Shown here: in pieces, positions 55,397-63,997 of the stretch
How the letters are laid out: every line of letters begins with the position of its first letter
Numbering within the stretch: the stretch's first letter is position 1
NCBI GenBank assembly: GCA_946411635.1
Contig: CAMKES010000001.1
Span: forward strand, 3,168 to 67,167
Direction: 5' to 3'
Origin: an uncultured Clostridia bacterium
GTDB taxonomy: Bacteria; Bacillota; Clostridia; Christensenellales; CAG-138
DNA length: 64,000 nucleotides
Notes under the pieces: generated by a model
Database searches by the model: none
What the model saw: only the letters and a program-made list of their open reading frames with translations
Told to the model about the DNA's origin: nothing
Made by a program: the position numbers and the translations under genes

Positions 55397-55462
55397 ACTG
55401 AGTCGCAGAATTGACGCGCGAAATATGGTACACTGAAGAGGAAAGACTCGAAGGAGCATACT

Positions 55463-56125
55463 ATGAAAAACAGGATTCTTGTGGTAGAGGACGACGCGGC
55501 GATCCGCGACGCGGTGCTTTTAAATCTGCAGTTTGCGGATTACGACGCCGTTGCGTTCGACGACGGCAGAAAAGCGGCGGATGCGCTCGAAGACGATCAC
55601 GCGTTCGACCTTGCGCTTTTGGACATCATGCTGCCGGGCATGGACGGATTTGAGTTGTTCGGGATCATGGAGCGCTTCGGCATTCCGGTGATCTACATGA
55701 CCGCAAAGACCGACTCCGCGTCCGAGATCAAAGGGCTTCGGGACGGCGCGGAGGACTATATCGTAAAGCCGTTCGATCCCTTAACGCTGATGGTGCGCAT
55801 CGAAAAAGTGCTGAAGCGCGTCGGCAAGTGGAACGCAGTCTATCGCGTCAAGGATATTGTCGTCAACACCGAAACGCATACGGTCACGAAGGGCGGCGAG
55901 TCGATCGAGCTGCAGCCGCTCGAATTCGACGTGCTTGTCGCGCTGCTGCGGCACAAGAACATGACCGTCTCGCGCGAGCGGCTGTTGAACGAAGTATGGG
56001 GCTTCGATTATCTCGGCGAAACGCGCATGGTGGACGTCAAAATCTCCGCGCTGCGCAAAAAGCTCGATCTGGAGGACGCGATCCGCTCCATTCATAAGCT
56101 CGGCTATCGGCTGGAGGATCGGTAA
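55463..56125 (+). CDS. OmpR/PhoB-family response regulator
   Basis: Receiver domain (ILVVEDD..DLALLDIMLPGMDG..KP) plus a winged-helix effector domain (LQPLEFDVLVALL..VDVKISALRKKL..GYRL). Confidence 0.92.
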   Translation: MKNRILVVEDDAAIRDAVLLNLQFADYDAVAFDDGRKAADALEDDHAFDLALLDIMLPGMDGFELFGIMERFGIPVIYMTAKTDSASEIKGLRDGAEDYIVKPFDPLTLMVRIEKVLKRVGKWNAVYRVKDIVVNTETHTVTKGGESIELQPLEFDVLVALLRHKNMTVSRERLLNEVWGFDYLGETRMVDVKISALRKKLDLEDAIRSIHKLGYRLEDR

Positions 56126-57505
56126 ATGAAGCTGTATCAACGCATTACGCTGCTTGTCTCTATCGTCTTGACCGTCGTCATCCTTGCCGTGTCGCTGTCA
56201 CTGCTGCTGTTTGCAAAGAATACGATCCTGTCGCTGTCGGTTGAGCAGGTGCAGCGGAAGCAGCAGACGCTGCGCACGTCGTTTTCCGAGATGGCGAACT
56301 ACTACGCGGCAAACAGTGATTCCGACGCCGTACATGACTCGCTGGTCCGCTACTGCTTCACGCGCTTTGCCGATCAGACCTCCGTGCTGATGCGGAACGG
56401 CGAGGCAGTGGTATCCGGCGTGACGGTCGACCCGTCGGTATACGTGCAGCAAAGCGATGACTACGGCGAAGCAGAGCCGGTTGCTGTTACGGTGCAGGGG
56501 CGACGGCTTCTGATCGCGGGAAGCAGCACGTCAGTCGGCGGCAAATCCTATGATGTGTATGTGGTCGAGGATGTCTCGGACGTTTACGATCGCATTTCGC
56601 GCATGGCGTGGATCTTTGCGGGCGTCAGTCTCGGGTCAATCGTGCTCGGAGCGGTTATCGTCACCCTGCTCGTCCGACGCAGTACAAGACCGATCACGAA
56701 GCTTTCCGACGCAGCAAAGGAGATTGCAGACGGCGCGTACGAAAAACGCGTTATGATCCGCACCAAGGACGAGATCGGAACGCTCGGCAAGGATTTCAAC
56801 CGCATGGCGGACGCGGTGGAAACGAAGATTTCGGAGCTTTCCGAGCGCAACGAACGGCAGCGCCTGTTTATCGGCGGCGTCACGCATGAATTCAAAACGC
56901 CCATGACCGGGCTGATCCTCCACGCCGGTCTTTTACGCCGCGCGAACCTTTCCGAGGACGAGCGCGACGCTTCTCTTGCCCATATTGAGACGCAAACGCA
57001 ATGGCTCGAACGGCTGACGCAGAACCTTTTGAAGCTTACGACCTCCGACGAGGAGATCGAATTACAAAGCGTCAATATTCCGGAATTACTGGACGCCGTC
57101 AAAGAAGGCGTCGAACCGAAGCTCAACGAGCGCGGTGCAGCGCTTTCCGTGCAATGCGAAACGGATACGCTTGTCCTGAACCCCGATCTGATGCGCTCGC
57201 TTCTCAACAATCTGATCGTCAATGCGGCAAACGCTTACGACGCAGATGCGCCCGAAAAGCCGATCCTGCTGACCGTAACGGGCAAGACCTTCTCGGTGTC
57301 CGATCGCGGCAGAGGGATTCCAAAGGAAGCGATCGACCGTATCTTCGAGCCGTTCTTCCGTGTCGACAAAAGCCGCAGCAAAAAACAGGGCGGCAGCGGC
57401 TTGGGACTTGCGCTTGTCAAAACGATCGCCGATGCCCACGGCGCAACGATTACCGTCGACAGCGAACCCGGCAAAGGCACGACGGTTTCGGTGACGCTGC
57501 CGTAA
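56126..57505 (+). CDS. Sensor histidine kinase (2 TM, HAMP, HisKA, HATPase_c)
   Basis: FIGGVTHEFKTPMTGL (H-box), N-box NLIVNAANAY, DRGRGIP, GGSGLGLALV. Starts directly after the regulator stop. Confidence 0.9.
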   Translation: MKLYQRITLLVSIVLTVVILAVSLSLLLFAKNTILSLSVEQVQRKQQTLRTSFSEMANYYAANSDSDAVHDSLVRYCFTRFADQTSVLMRNGEAVVSGVTVDPSVYVQQSDDYGEAEPVAVTVQGRRLLIAGSSTSVGGKSYDVYVVEDVSDVYDRISRMAWIFAGVSLGSIVLGAVIVTLLVRRSTRPITKLSDAAKEIADGAYEKRVMIRTKDEIGTLGKDFNRMADAVETKISELSERNERQRLFIGGVTHEFKTPMTGLILHAGLLRRANLSEDERDASLAHIETQTQWLERLTQNLLKLTTSDEEIELQSVNIPELLDAVKEGVEPKLNERGAALSVQCETDTLVLNPDLMRSLLNNLIVNAANAYDADAPEKPILLTVTGKTFSVSDRGRGIPKEAIDRIFEPFFRVDKSRSKKQGGSGLGLALVKTIADAHGATITVDSEPGKGTTVSVTLP

Positions 57506-57726
57506 TAGATTCTCCGGAGGAGAATTCACGTACAGGGATTCCGCAAAAGGTTGGTAGCGACCGTTTTTCGTTGTGAGGGCGCTTGCAACCGAGCAGAAAA
57601 ACCGAGCGTGACCTTTTGCGGAGAGGAGGAGCGGCGAGGCGGATGAGCGACGGTGTTTCATAATAAACGGAGTTTTTTTGTTCGCATAAACTCCGCCGCG
57701 AGCAAAGCTGAGCTCGCGACGACGAG
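57505..57726. repeat. Hairpin-dense intergenic element
   Basis: attctcc-gga-ggagaat, ccgcaaaaggt (57540s)..accttttgcgg (57610s) long-range inverted repeat, cggagttt..aaactccg, cgcgagc-aaagctga-gctcgcg. Confidence 0.4.
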
Positions 57727-57743
57727 ATTACATTTTCATTACA
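57727..57743 (+). promoter_or_regulatory. Direct-repeat box ATTACA-N5-ATTACA
   Basis: ATTACAttttcATTACA, then 31 nt, then TATGCT (57775-80). ATG at 57811. Confidence 0.55.
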
Positions 57744-57810
57744 CTTTGGTGCGGTTTTTTCCGCCGCCGTTCGGTATGCTTGATGCAGAAACCCGAAAAG
57801 GAGTGATTTC

Positions 57811-59247
57811 ATGAAAAAGCATATTTGTATCATTCTTCTTGCAGCACTGCTGCTTCTCTGCGCCTGTCAGCCGACGCCGGAAAATCCGATCGTGGTCGGG
57901 AAGGATCAGGATATCATGATCGGAAAAGCGGAGGAGGAAGCGGTTTACGTTTCTCTCACGCCCGATCCGGGTGAGCAGCGCGTGGATTGGGCGGATCGGC
58001 TCGGCGCACCGGAGCATTATACGGCGACGCTGACCAGCGCGAACGGACATCTGCATGTGGAAGTGGACGCGAACGTATATTTGCCGGATACGGAGCTTCC
58101 GATTGTCCGTGTTGAGCAGCAGCGGTTTACGGACGAGGACGCGCGCCGCTTTGCGACAGCGCTGCTGGGTGAGAATCCGCAGTGCATCGATCCGTATCAA
58201 TACAATAACCGAACGAAAGCCATGTATGAAGAGGATATCCGGCGGCGCATGGACGCGCTGGACAACTGGGAGGACTACGGCAGCATTGTTTATGACCAAT
58301 ATGAGACCAAAGCAGAGTTTCAGGCGGCGCTGAAAAAGCTGATGGAGGAAGCCGAGCATGCGCCGGACACGCTCGATACCTTTGCCCCGACCTATGAATG
58401 GCGGACGATGTATGAGGGCAAGGAGGACGGACTTTCGGAGACGCAGGATCAGATAATGGAACTGCTGACCCTGAATGCGGACGGAACGCGGACTGGACTG
58501 AATATAATACGGAGCACATCGGGAAGCTCGCTGCGCTATACGCGCAACTGCGAAGAGCCCGTTTCCTATCCGTTTGATTGCAGCCAATACCCGAACGAGC
58601 TGAAAACGACGGAGGTGCAGGCTATAGCTATCGCAGAGGAAACGCTTACAAAGATGGGGCTTACGCATCTTCGGTTCGCCTTGATCAAAAGCATCCGCAA
58701 CTATACCGGCGACGTCGCGCGGAAAAACAACCCCTACCGCCCATACTGGGCGATTGTGTTTACGCCCGAAGTGAACGGCGCGCAGATGACATACGCCTTT
58801 CAGAGAATGACGGAGGTCAGCGAATACAATCGCATGTGGCAAAACGAGTGCTGCTTTGTCATGGTGGACGACGACGGAATCGCCGCGCTTTCTTACAATA
58901 GCCCCTGCAGCGTATCGGAGACATCGGTTTCCGCCGCATCGTTGATGCCGTTTGAAAAAATCCGGGAGATTTTTGAAAAGATGGTGCTGATCGTCGACAA
59001 CGACGCGGACCTCGAGGGCATCGACGTGCGCTACCGTATCACAAACGTGCGGTTGGGGCTTGTCAGCATTCCGGAACAGAACGGTGATGGCGGGCTTTTG
59101 GTGCCTGCATGGGATTTCATCGGCATTTGGGAGTACGACGATCATGTGCCGGATGAGCAGAGAGAGCTTGGCAGAACGACAGACGAGACCTGGTCATATC
59201 TCACGATCAACGCCGTCGACGGCAGCATCATCAAACGTCAGCCGTGA
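57811..59247 (+). CDS. Paralogous lipoprotein 1 (478 aa), uncharacterised family
   Basis: Signal peptide and lipobox ..LLLLCAC|QPTPE. Conserved C-terminal block LMPFEKIREIFEKM..RLGLVSIPEQNGDGGLLVPAWDFIG..YLTINAVDGSIIKR. Confidence 0.85.
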   Translation: MKKHICIILLAALLLLCACQPTPENPIVVGKDQDIMIGKAEEEAVYVSLTPDPGEQRVDWADRLGAPEHYTATLTSANGHLHVEVDANVYLPDTELPIVRVEQQRFTDEDARRFATALLGENPQCIDPYQYNNRTKAMYEEDIRRRMDALDNWEDYGSIVYDQYETKAEFQAALKKLMEEAEHAPDTLDTFAPTYEWRTMYEGKEDGLSETQDQIMELLTLNADGTRTGLNIIRSTSGSSLRYTRNCEEPVSYPFDCSQYPNELKTTEVQAIAIAEETLTKMGLTHLRFALIKSIRNYTGDVARKNNPYRPYWAIVFTPEVNGAQMTYAFQRMTEVSEYNRMWQNECCFVMVDDDGIAALSYNSPCSVSETSVSAASLMPFEKIREIFEKMVLIVDNDADLEGIDVRYRITNVRLGLVSIPEQNGDGGLLVPAWDFIGIWEYDDHVPDEQRELGRTTDETWSYLTINAVDGSIIKRQP

Positions 59248-59276
59248 GGATTGCACGAACAGCCGGAGGGAAATCC

Positions 59277-60710
59277 ATGAAGAAACAAGTATTTATCATT
59301 CTGATAGCATCTCTTTTACTTCTTACCGCCTGTCAGCCCACGCCGGAGAGCCCGATCGTGGTCGGGAAGGATCAGGATATCATGATCGGAAAAGCAGAGG
59401 AGGATGCCGTATATGCCTCCGGAACATCCGAACCGGACGGCAAGACGGTCGACTGGTATGCGCGGCTCGGTGCGCCGGAGCATTACACAGCTTCTCTTGT
59501 CAGCGGCGGAGGACACCTGAAGGTTACGGTGGACGCGCCGATCGTTCTGCCGGATACGGAGCTTCCGATCGTCCGGATCACGCCGGTAAAGTTTTCCGAT
59601 GAGGACGCGCACCGTTTCGTGGCAGCATTTTTAGGCGATAATCCGCAGTGCGTCGATCCGTGGGGCGAAAACAACCGCACGCGGGCGTCTTACGAAAAAG
59701 AAATCCTCATGCGCAGAGATGCCTTGGAGCACTGGAACGAATACGGAAATCTGATTTACGGAGAGAACTTCGAAACGAGAGAGAACTTTGAACGATACCT
59801 TCAGAAATTGATGGCACAGGCGGTGAACGCGCCGGAACGGCCGGAGACGTTTGCACCGACCTATGAATGGGAGGAACCGCACGTTTGGACACCGGAAGGT
59901 GAGAAGAGAACCAACGACCGCTATCTGACGTTCTTGACGGTCAACGCGGACGGTTCGCAGTCAAGACTGGACATCTTCAGCAGCAGCGAATACGGAAACA
60001 GCAGCGTTCGCTACCAACGCGACATCGTCGACGACGTGCACTATCCCATTGACGGAGCGAAATGGCAGAATGAGCTGAATCTTTCCGAAGCGGACGCGCG
60101 CGCCGAAGCGGAACGCGTACTTGCAAAAATGGGAATCTCCCACCTCGGCTGTGCATTTGCAAAGAGCGTACGCATCTATCCGGCCGACGTACGGCTTGAC
60201 GGCGTTCCGTATCGCGCCTATTGGGCACTGATTTATACCCCTGCAGTCAACGGCGCAGAGACCACGTTTACACAGCAGTCCACGACGGAACCGAACGACT
60301 ATGCGCGCGAATGGGAATATGAGCGCTGCTACGTACTGGTGGACGACGGCGGCGTTGCGGGACTGTTTTACAACGACCCTTGCGTCGTGCAGGAGGTCAC
60401 CGTACCCGCCGCGACCCTGCTGCCGTATGAAAAGATTCTGGATATCTTTGAAAAGATGGTGCTGATCGTGGAAAACAACGCGGACCCGATGGACCGCGAC
60501 GAGCAATATTGCATCACGTCGGTACGGCTGGGCTTGGTCAGCATACCGGAGCAGAACGGCGAGGGCGGGCTTTTGGTGCCTGCGTGGGACTTTCTGGGCG
60601 ATCGGGTCGACGAAAACCGCGCTGCGTTCGTGTCAGACGAGCGGTACTCCTTCCTGACGATCAACGCGATCGACGGCAGCATCATCAAGCGCGGTTCGTG
60701 GGTCGGCTGA
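59277..60710 (+). CDS. Paralogous lipoprotein 2 (477 aa)
   Basis: ..LLLLTAC|QPTPESPIVVGKDQDIMIGKAEE, near-identical to the paralog 1 N-terminus. The gap to paralog 1 is 29 nt with no separate box. Confidence 0.85.
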   Translation: MKKQVFIILIASLLLLTACQPTPESPIVVGKDQDIMIGKAEEDAVYASGTSEPDGKTVDWYARLGAPEHYTASLVSGGGHLKVTVDAPIVLPDTELPIVRITPVKFSDEDAHRFVAAFLGDNPQCVDPWGENNRTRASYEKEILMRRDALEHWNEYGNLIYGENFETRENFERYLQKLMAQAVNAPERPETFAPTYEWEEPHVWTPEGEKRTNDRYLTFLTVNADGSQSRLDIFSSSEYGNSSVRYQRDIVDDVHYPIDGAKWQNELNLSEADARAEAERVLAKMGISHLGCAFAKSVRIYPADVRLDGVPYRAYWALIYTPAVNGAETTFTQQSTTEPNDYAREWEYERCYVLVDDGGVAGLFYNDPCVVQEVTVPAATLLPYEKILDIFEKMVLIVENNADPMDRDEQYCITSVRLGLVSIPEQNGEGGLLVPAWDFLGDRVDENRAAFVSDERYSFLTINAIDGSIIKRGSWVG

Positions 60711-60762
60711 TCGGACAGCGATCTTCTACTGCAATCGCATTTTGCATTTCCGACGCATTTTC

Positions 60763-60779
60763 ATTACAGTTTCATTACG
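60763..60779 (+). promoter_or_regulatory. Direct-repeat box ATTACA-N5-ATTACG
   Basis: ATTACAgtttcATTACG, then 31 nt, then TATGAT (60811-16). ATG at 60849. Confidence 0.55.
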
Positions 60780-60848
60780 CTTTCGTGAGGTTTTTTTCTC
60801 CGGATTCCGGTATGATGGATCAAAGATCCGAAAAAAAGGAGTGATCTC

Positions 60849-62231
60849 ATGAAGAAACGTGCTATCAGCATCCTTATTACAGCGCTCTTGCTGCTTTGCG
60901 CCTGTCAGCCGACGCCGGAGGAGGAAGCCGTTGTAAACAAGGCCGATCAGCAGCAGATGCTTTCCAATGCGGAGAAGCAGGACGAGCGCATGGAGATCGT
61001 GGATCTCTATGAACGTCTCGGCGCGCCGAAGGAATACAAGACGAGCCTCTCCGGCACGGAAGGACGTCTGCAGGTGGAAGTTGACGCAAAGGTGATCCTG
61101 CCGGAGGGCGAACTGCCGATCATTCGTGTTGAGCCGATCGGCTTCACCAAGAGCGACGTGCTCGGCTTTGCGGATGAGCTTTTACCGCCGGGTTCGGAGT
61201 TTGTGGAACCGATCTGGGTCGACGATCCGCGCGATTACGGAGATGACGAGGAGCACCGCCTGTACCTATATTCCAAGGGCTTCTATGCGCACGAGATCGA
61301 AAAGATGCGTTGGGCGATCGAACACTGGAACGACGGCGGAAGCAACCTCTATGACATGGACGATTCCACGCCCGCCGATGTGGAAAAGCGCATCAACGAA
61401 GCGCTGTATGAGCAGAGTCTCGCGCCGGACAAGCTTCCGCGCCTCGACCGGCAGAGTGTGGATATGGGATTGATCACCGCGACGGTCGATGATCTGACCT
61501 TTTCAAACGTCCACTGCATCAGCAACCCTTGGAACGGATTGACAGAAGAGCTTACATACTGCCGCAATTTCTTCCACAATCCGAACGTCACGAGTATGTG
61601 TAACATCCCGAACGAAATCCCGTATCGGGACGCGGAAGCGCAGGCGCAGGCGCTGATCAAAAAACTTCCCGTCGAAGGTTTTGTACTGAGCGCTTCATGG
61701 TCGGATATCTATGACGACGACTACTTCCGCGACATTCCGTGCCGGATGTTTGTTTTCACGCGCGCATTCGGCGGCGTTACGGAGACCGTGACCAATCAGG
61801 ATCAGACGTTTGAGGAATACAACCACTTCCGCGGGTACGAAAAAATCACGGTCACGGTGGATGCGGACGGGATCGCAGGCTTCAGCTATCAATATCCGTA
61901 CAGGATCGGGGAGACCGTCGTCGGACAGACGAATCTGCTGCCGTTCTCCGAGATCGAGAAGATCTTCAACCGCATGATCCTTGTTTACAATAACCACCTG
62001 ATGGACGAGTCGTTTGAGCATATCAGCACAAAATATGTCATTACCACGATCCGGTTGGGACTCGCCAATATCCCGGAAAAAGACTCGGAAACAGGTCTGC
62101 TCGTTCCGGCATGGGACTTTATGGGGTACCATCATTCTATCAATGAGGGCACAGACAACTTCACCAACGAGCTCGAATCGTTCCTGACGATCAACGCGAT
62201 CGACGGCAGCATCATCAACCGCGCGGGATAA
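60849..62231 (+). CDS. Paralogous lipoprotein 3 (460 aa)
   Basis: ..LLLLCAC|QPTPEEE. C-terminal block LLPFSEIEKIFNRM..RLGLANIPEKDSETGLLVPAWDFMG..FLTINAIDGSIINR. Confidence 0.85.
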   Translation: MKKRAISILITALLLLCACQPTPEEEAVVNKADQQQMLSNAEKQDERMEIVDLYERLGAPKEYKTSLSGTEGRLQVEVDAKVILPEGELPIIRVEPIGFTKSDVLGFADELLPPGSEFVEPIWVDDPRDYGDDEEHRLYLYSKGFYAHEIEKMRWAIEHWNDGGSNLYDMDDSTPADVEKRINEALYEQSLAPDKLPRLDRQSVDMGLITATVDDLTFSNVHCISNPWNGLTEELTYCRNFFHNPNVTSMCNIPNEIPYRDAEAQAQALIKKLPVEGFVLSASWSDIYDDDYFRDIPCRMFVFTRAFGGVTETVTNQDQTFEEYNHFRGYEKITVTVDADGIAGFSYQYPYRIGETVVGQTNLLPFSEIEKIFNRMILVYNNHLMDESFEHISTKYVITTIRLGLANIPEKDSETGLLVPAWDFMGYHHSINEGTDNFTNELESFLTINAIDGSIINRAG

Positions 62232-62439
62232 TTCCCGTATCCGAAAGACCTCCCGTACCGCATCGGCGGCGCGGGAGGTCTTTGTGCAGTATGGAACGTT
62301 TGCGCTTCCGTATGCGTCATTCTGAATAGAGGGATTGTCGGTTCGGCAGGGAGAAAAAAGCGGATCGGCGGCGCGGGAGGCCTTGCGTTTCGACCTCCGG
62401 CAAAGGGTCATAAATCGTCTGACAGGATTTTACATCTTT

Positions 62440-62494
62440 GTGACAATTCCGTGACATCTCTGTGACAACTCTGCAACAACTCTGCGACATCACT
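62440..62494 (+). repeat. Five helically phased 11-bp repeats (GYGACAnCTCT-like)
   Basis: GTGACA at 62440, 62451 and 62462, GCAACA at 62473, GCGACA at 62484. The period is exactly 11 bp. Confidence 0.8.
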
Positions 62495-62533
62495 CGTTTA
62501 TAGTAGAAGTCGATGAGGGGGGTCCGCGCATTC

Positions 62534-62550
62534 ATTACAAATCGATTACA
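62534..62550 (+). promoter_or_regulatory. Direct-repeat box ATTACA-N5-ATTACA
   Basis: ATTACAaatcgATTACA, then 31 nt, then TACGAT (62582-87). ATG at 62606. Confidence 0.55.
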
Positions 62551-62605
62551 ACGCGGAAACAACTTTTCTCACAAAATCGGCTACGATACAAAAGGAGAGA
62601 ACGAG

Positions 62606-63997
62606 ATGAAACGAATTGCGGTCCTGCTGACGTTCGTGCTGTTTCTGTGCGCCTGTCAGCCCACGCCGGAAGAGGAAGTCGTGATCCATAAGAACGAAGG
62701 CACGCTCGAACAGCAGCTTGCGGCGACGCCGGTTCCGGACTATTTGGAAGAAACCGGCGCGAACACCCTGCGTCTTTCGCTGAACGTCCCGGAACGGGTG
62801 CAGGAGAACTTCGACGGGAACGCCGTCGGCGGACATCTGTATATCGAGATGGACGCCGAGGTGGAGATCCCGAACGTGGAAAAGGTCTCGGTCCTGCGCG
62901 GACAGGTGGGTTACGAGCCGGAGAAGGCGGCGGAGCGCATCGCGAAGCTTCTTTTGGGCGACGGGCCCTATACCCGTCCCGGACACAGCGAACGGGCCTA
63001 TGCCGAAGTCCATCTGGCGTTCTATCAGAAATGGCTCGAAGCGCTGGATCAGAAGCCGTACGGCCCGGCTGCGGACTACGACGCCATCCGGAACGAAGTA
63101 CAGCAGCATCTGGACGCCTATGCCGAGAGCTATCGAATGGCGACCGGAGAAAACGACCATCCGAGTCAGCCGTGGACCGGATCCTTTGACGACGCCAAGG
63201 AAGCGATCAGCATCAGCAGCGGCGAAAAGGGAATCGGCATGCACAACGGCGACGCCAGTAACTTTACTTACGGCGCGGGCAGTCATCCGTCCTTCGGCGG
63301 CTGGATGGATCATCCCAGAGGCCCCCGGAACGAAGAAGAACGGCAATGGCTTCATAACGCTGCGGACTTTGCGAACGGCTTGGGCTTCGCGCGTGTGATC
63401 CCACAATATATCAATGACGCGGATGAAATGACCCGGATGCGATACAGCGTCGAGACCGGGTTTGAAAGCGGGTATAAGGTTTTCTCCCTGCTGCCCGTTT
63501 ACGAGGGCATTCCGGTTTACCCGTACGTGACCATGTACGGCTCCGACACCGGACGGCAGGCGGCGGGTGTTCCCTTTGCCCGCAATCTGGATCAGGAGGA
63601 GATCTTCGGCACGCTGTACAACGGCGAAGTGGTTCAGCTGCAGTGGAGAAGTCCCTTTACGGTCACACAGGTGGAAAACGAGAACGTGCCGCTGCTGCCG
63701 TTCGAGCGGATCATGGAGATCTTCAAGCGGCAGGTGTTCATGAGCGTTTATCTCGATGCGGGATACGATATGACGTACAAGGTCACGGGCATCCAGTTCT
63801 CCTATATGCGGGTGCAGGTTCCGAATTCCGACGAATACCGGCTGGTTCCCGTATGGGATTTCATCGGCTACGTGGTTTACGACTGGGAGGCGACGCCCGG
63901 CGAGAAAGCGATCAGTCAGGCCTTTTTCGAGCGTATGTCCATCTTGACGATCAACGCCGTGGACGGCAGCGTCATCGACCGGTATCTCGGCTATTGA
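62606..63997 (+). CDS. Paralogous lipoprotein 4 (463 aa, most divergent)
   Basis: ..VLFLCAC|QPTPEEE. C-terminal block LLPFERIMEIFKRQ..RLVPVWDFIG..ILTINAVDGSVIDR. The stop is 3 nt before the window end. Confidence 0.85.
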   Translation: MKRIAVLLTFVLFLCACQPTPEEEVVIHKNEGTLEQQLAATPVPDYLEETGANTLRLSLNVPERVQENFDGNAVGGHLYIEMDAEVEIPNVEKVSVLRGQVGYEPEKAAERIAKLLLGDGPYTRPGHSERAYAEVHLAFYQKWLEALDQKPYGPAADYDAIRNEVQQHLDAYAESYRMATGENDHPSQPWTGSFDDAKEAISISSGEKGIGMHNGDASNFTYGAGSHPSFGGWMDHPRGPRNEEERQWLHNAADFANGLGFARVIPQYINDADEMTRMRYSVETGFESGYKVFSLLPVYEGIPVYPYVTMYGSDTGRQAAGVPFARNLDQEEIFGTLYNGEVVQLQWRSPFTVTQVENENVPLLPFERIMEIFKRQVFMSVYLDAGYDMTYKVTGIQFSYMRVQVPNSDEYRLVPVWDFIGYVVYDWEATPGEKAISQAFFERMSILTINAVDGSVIDRYLGY

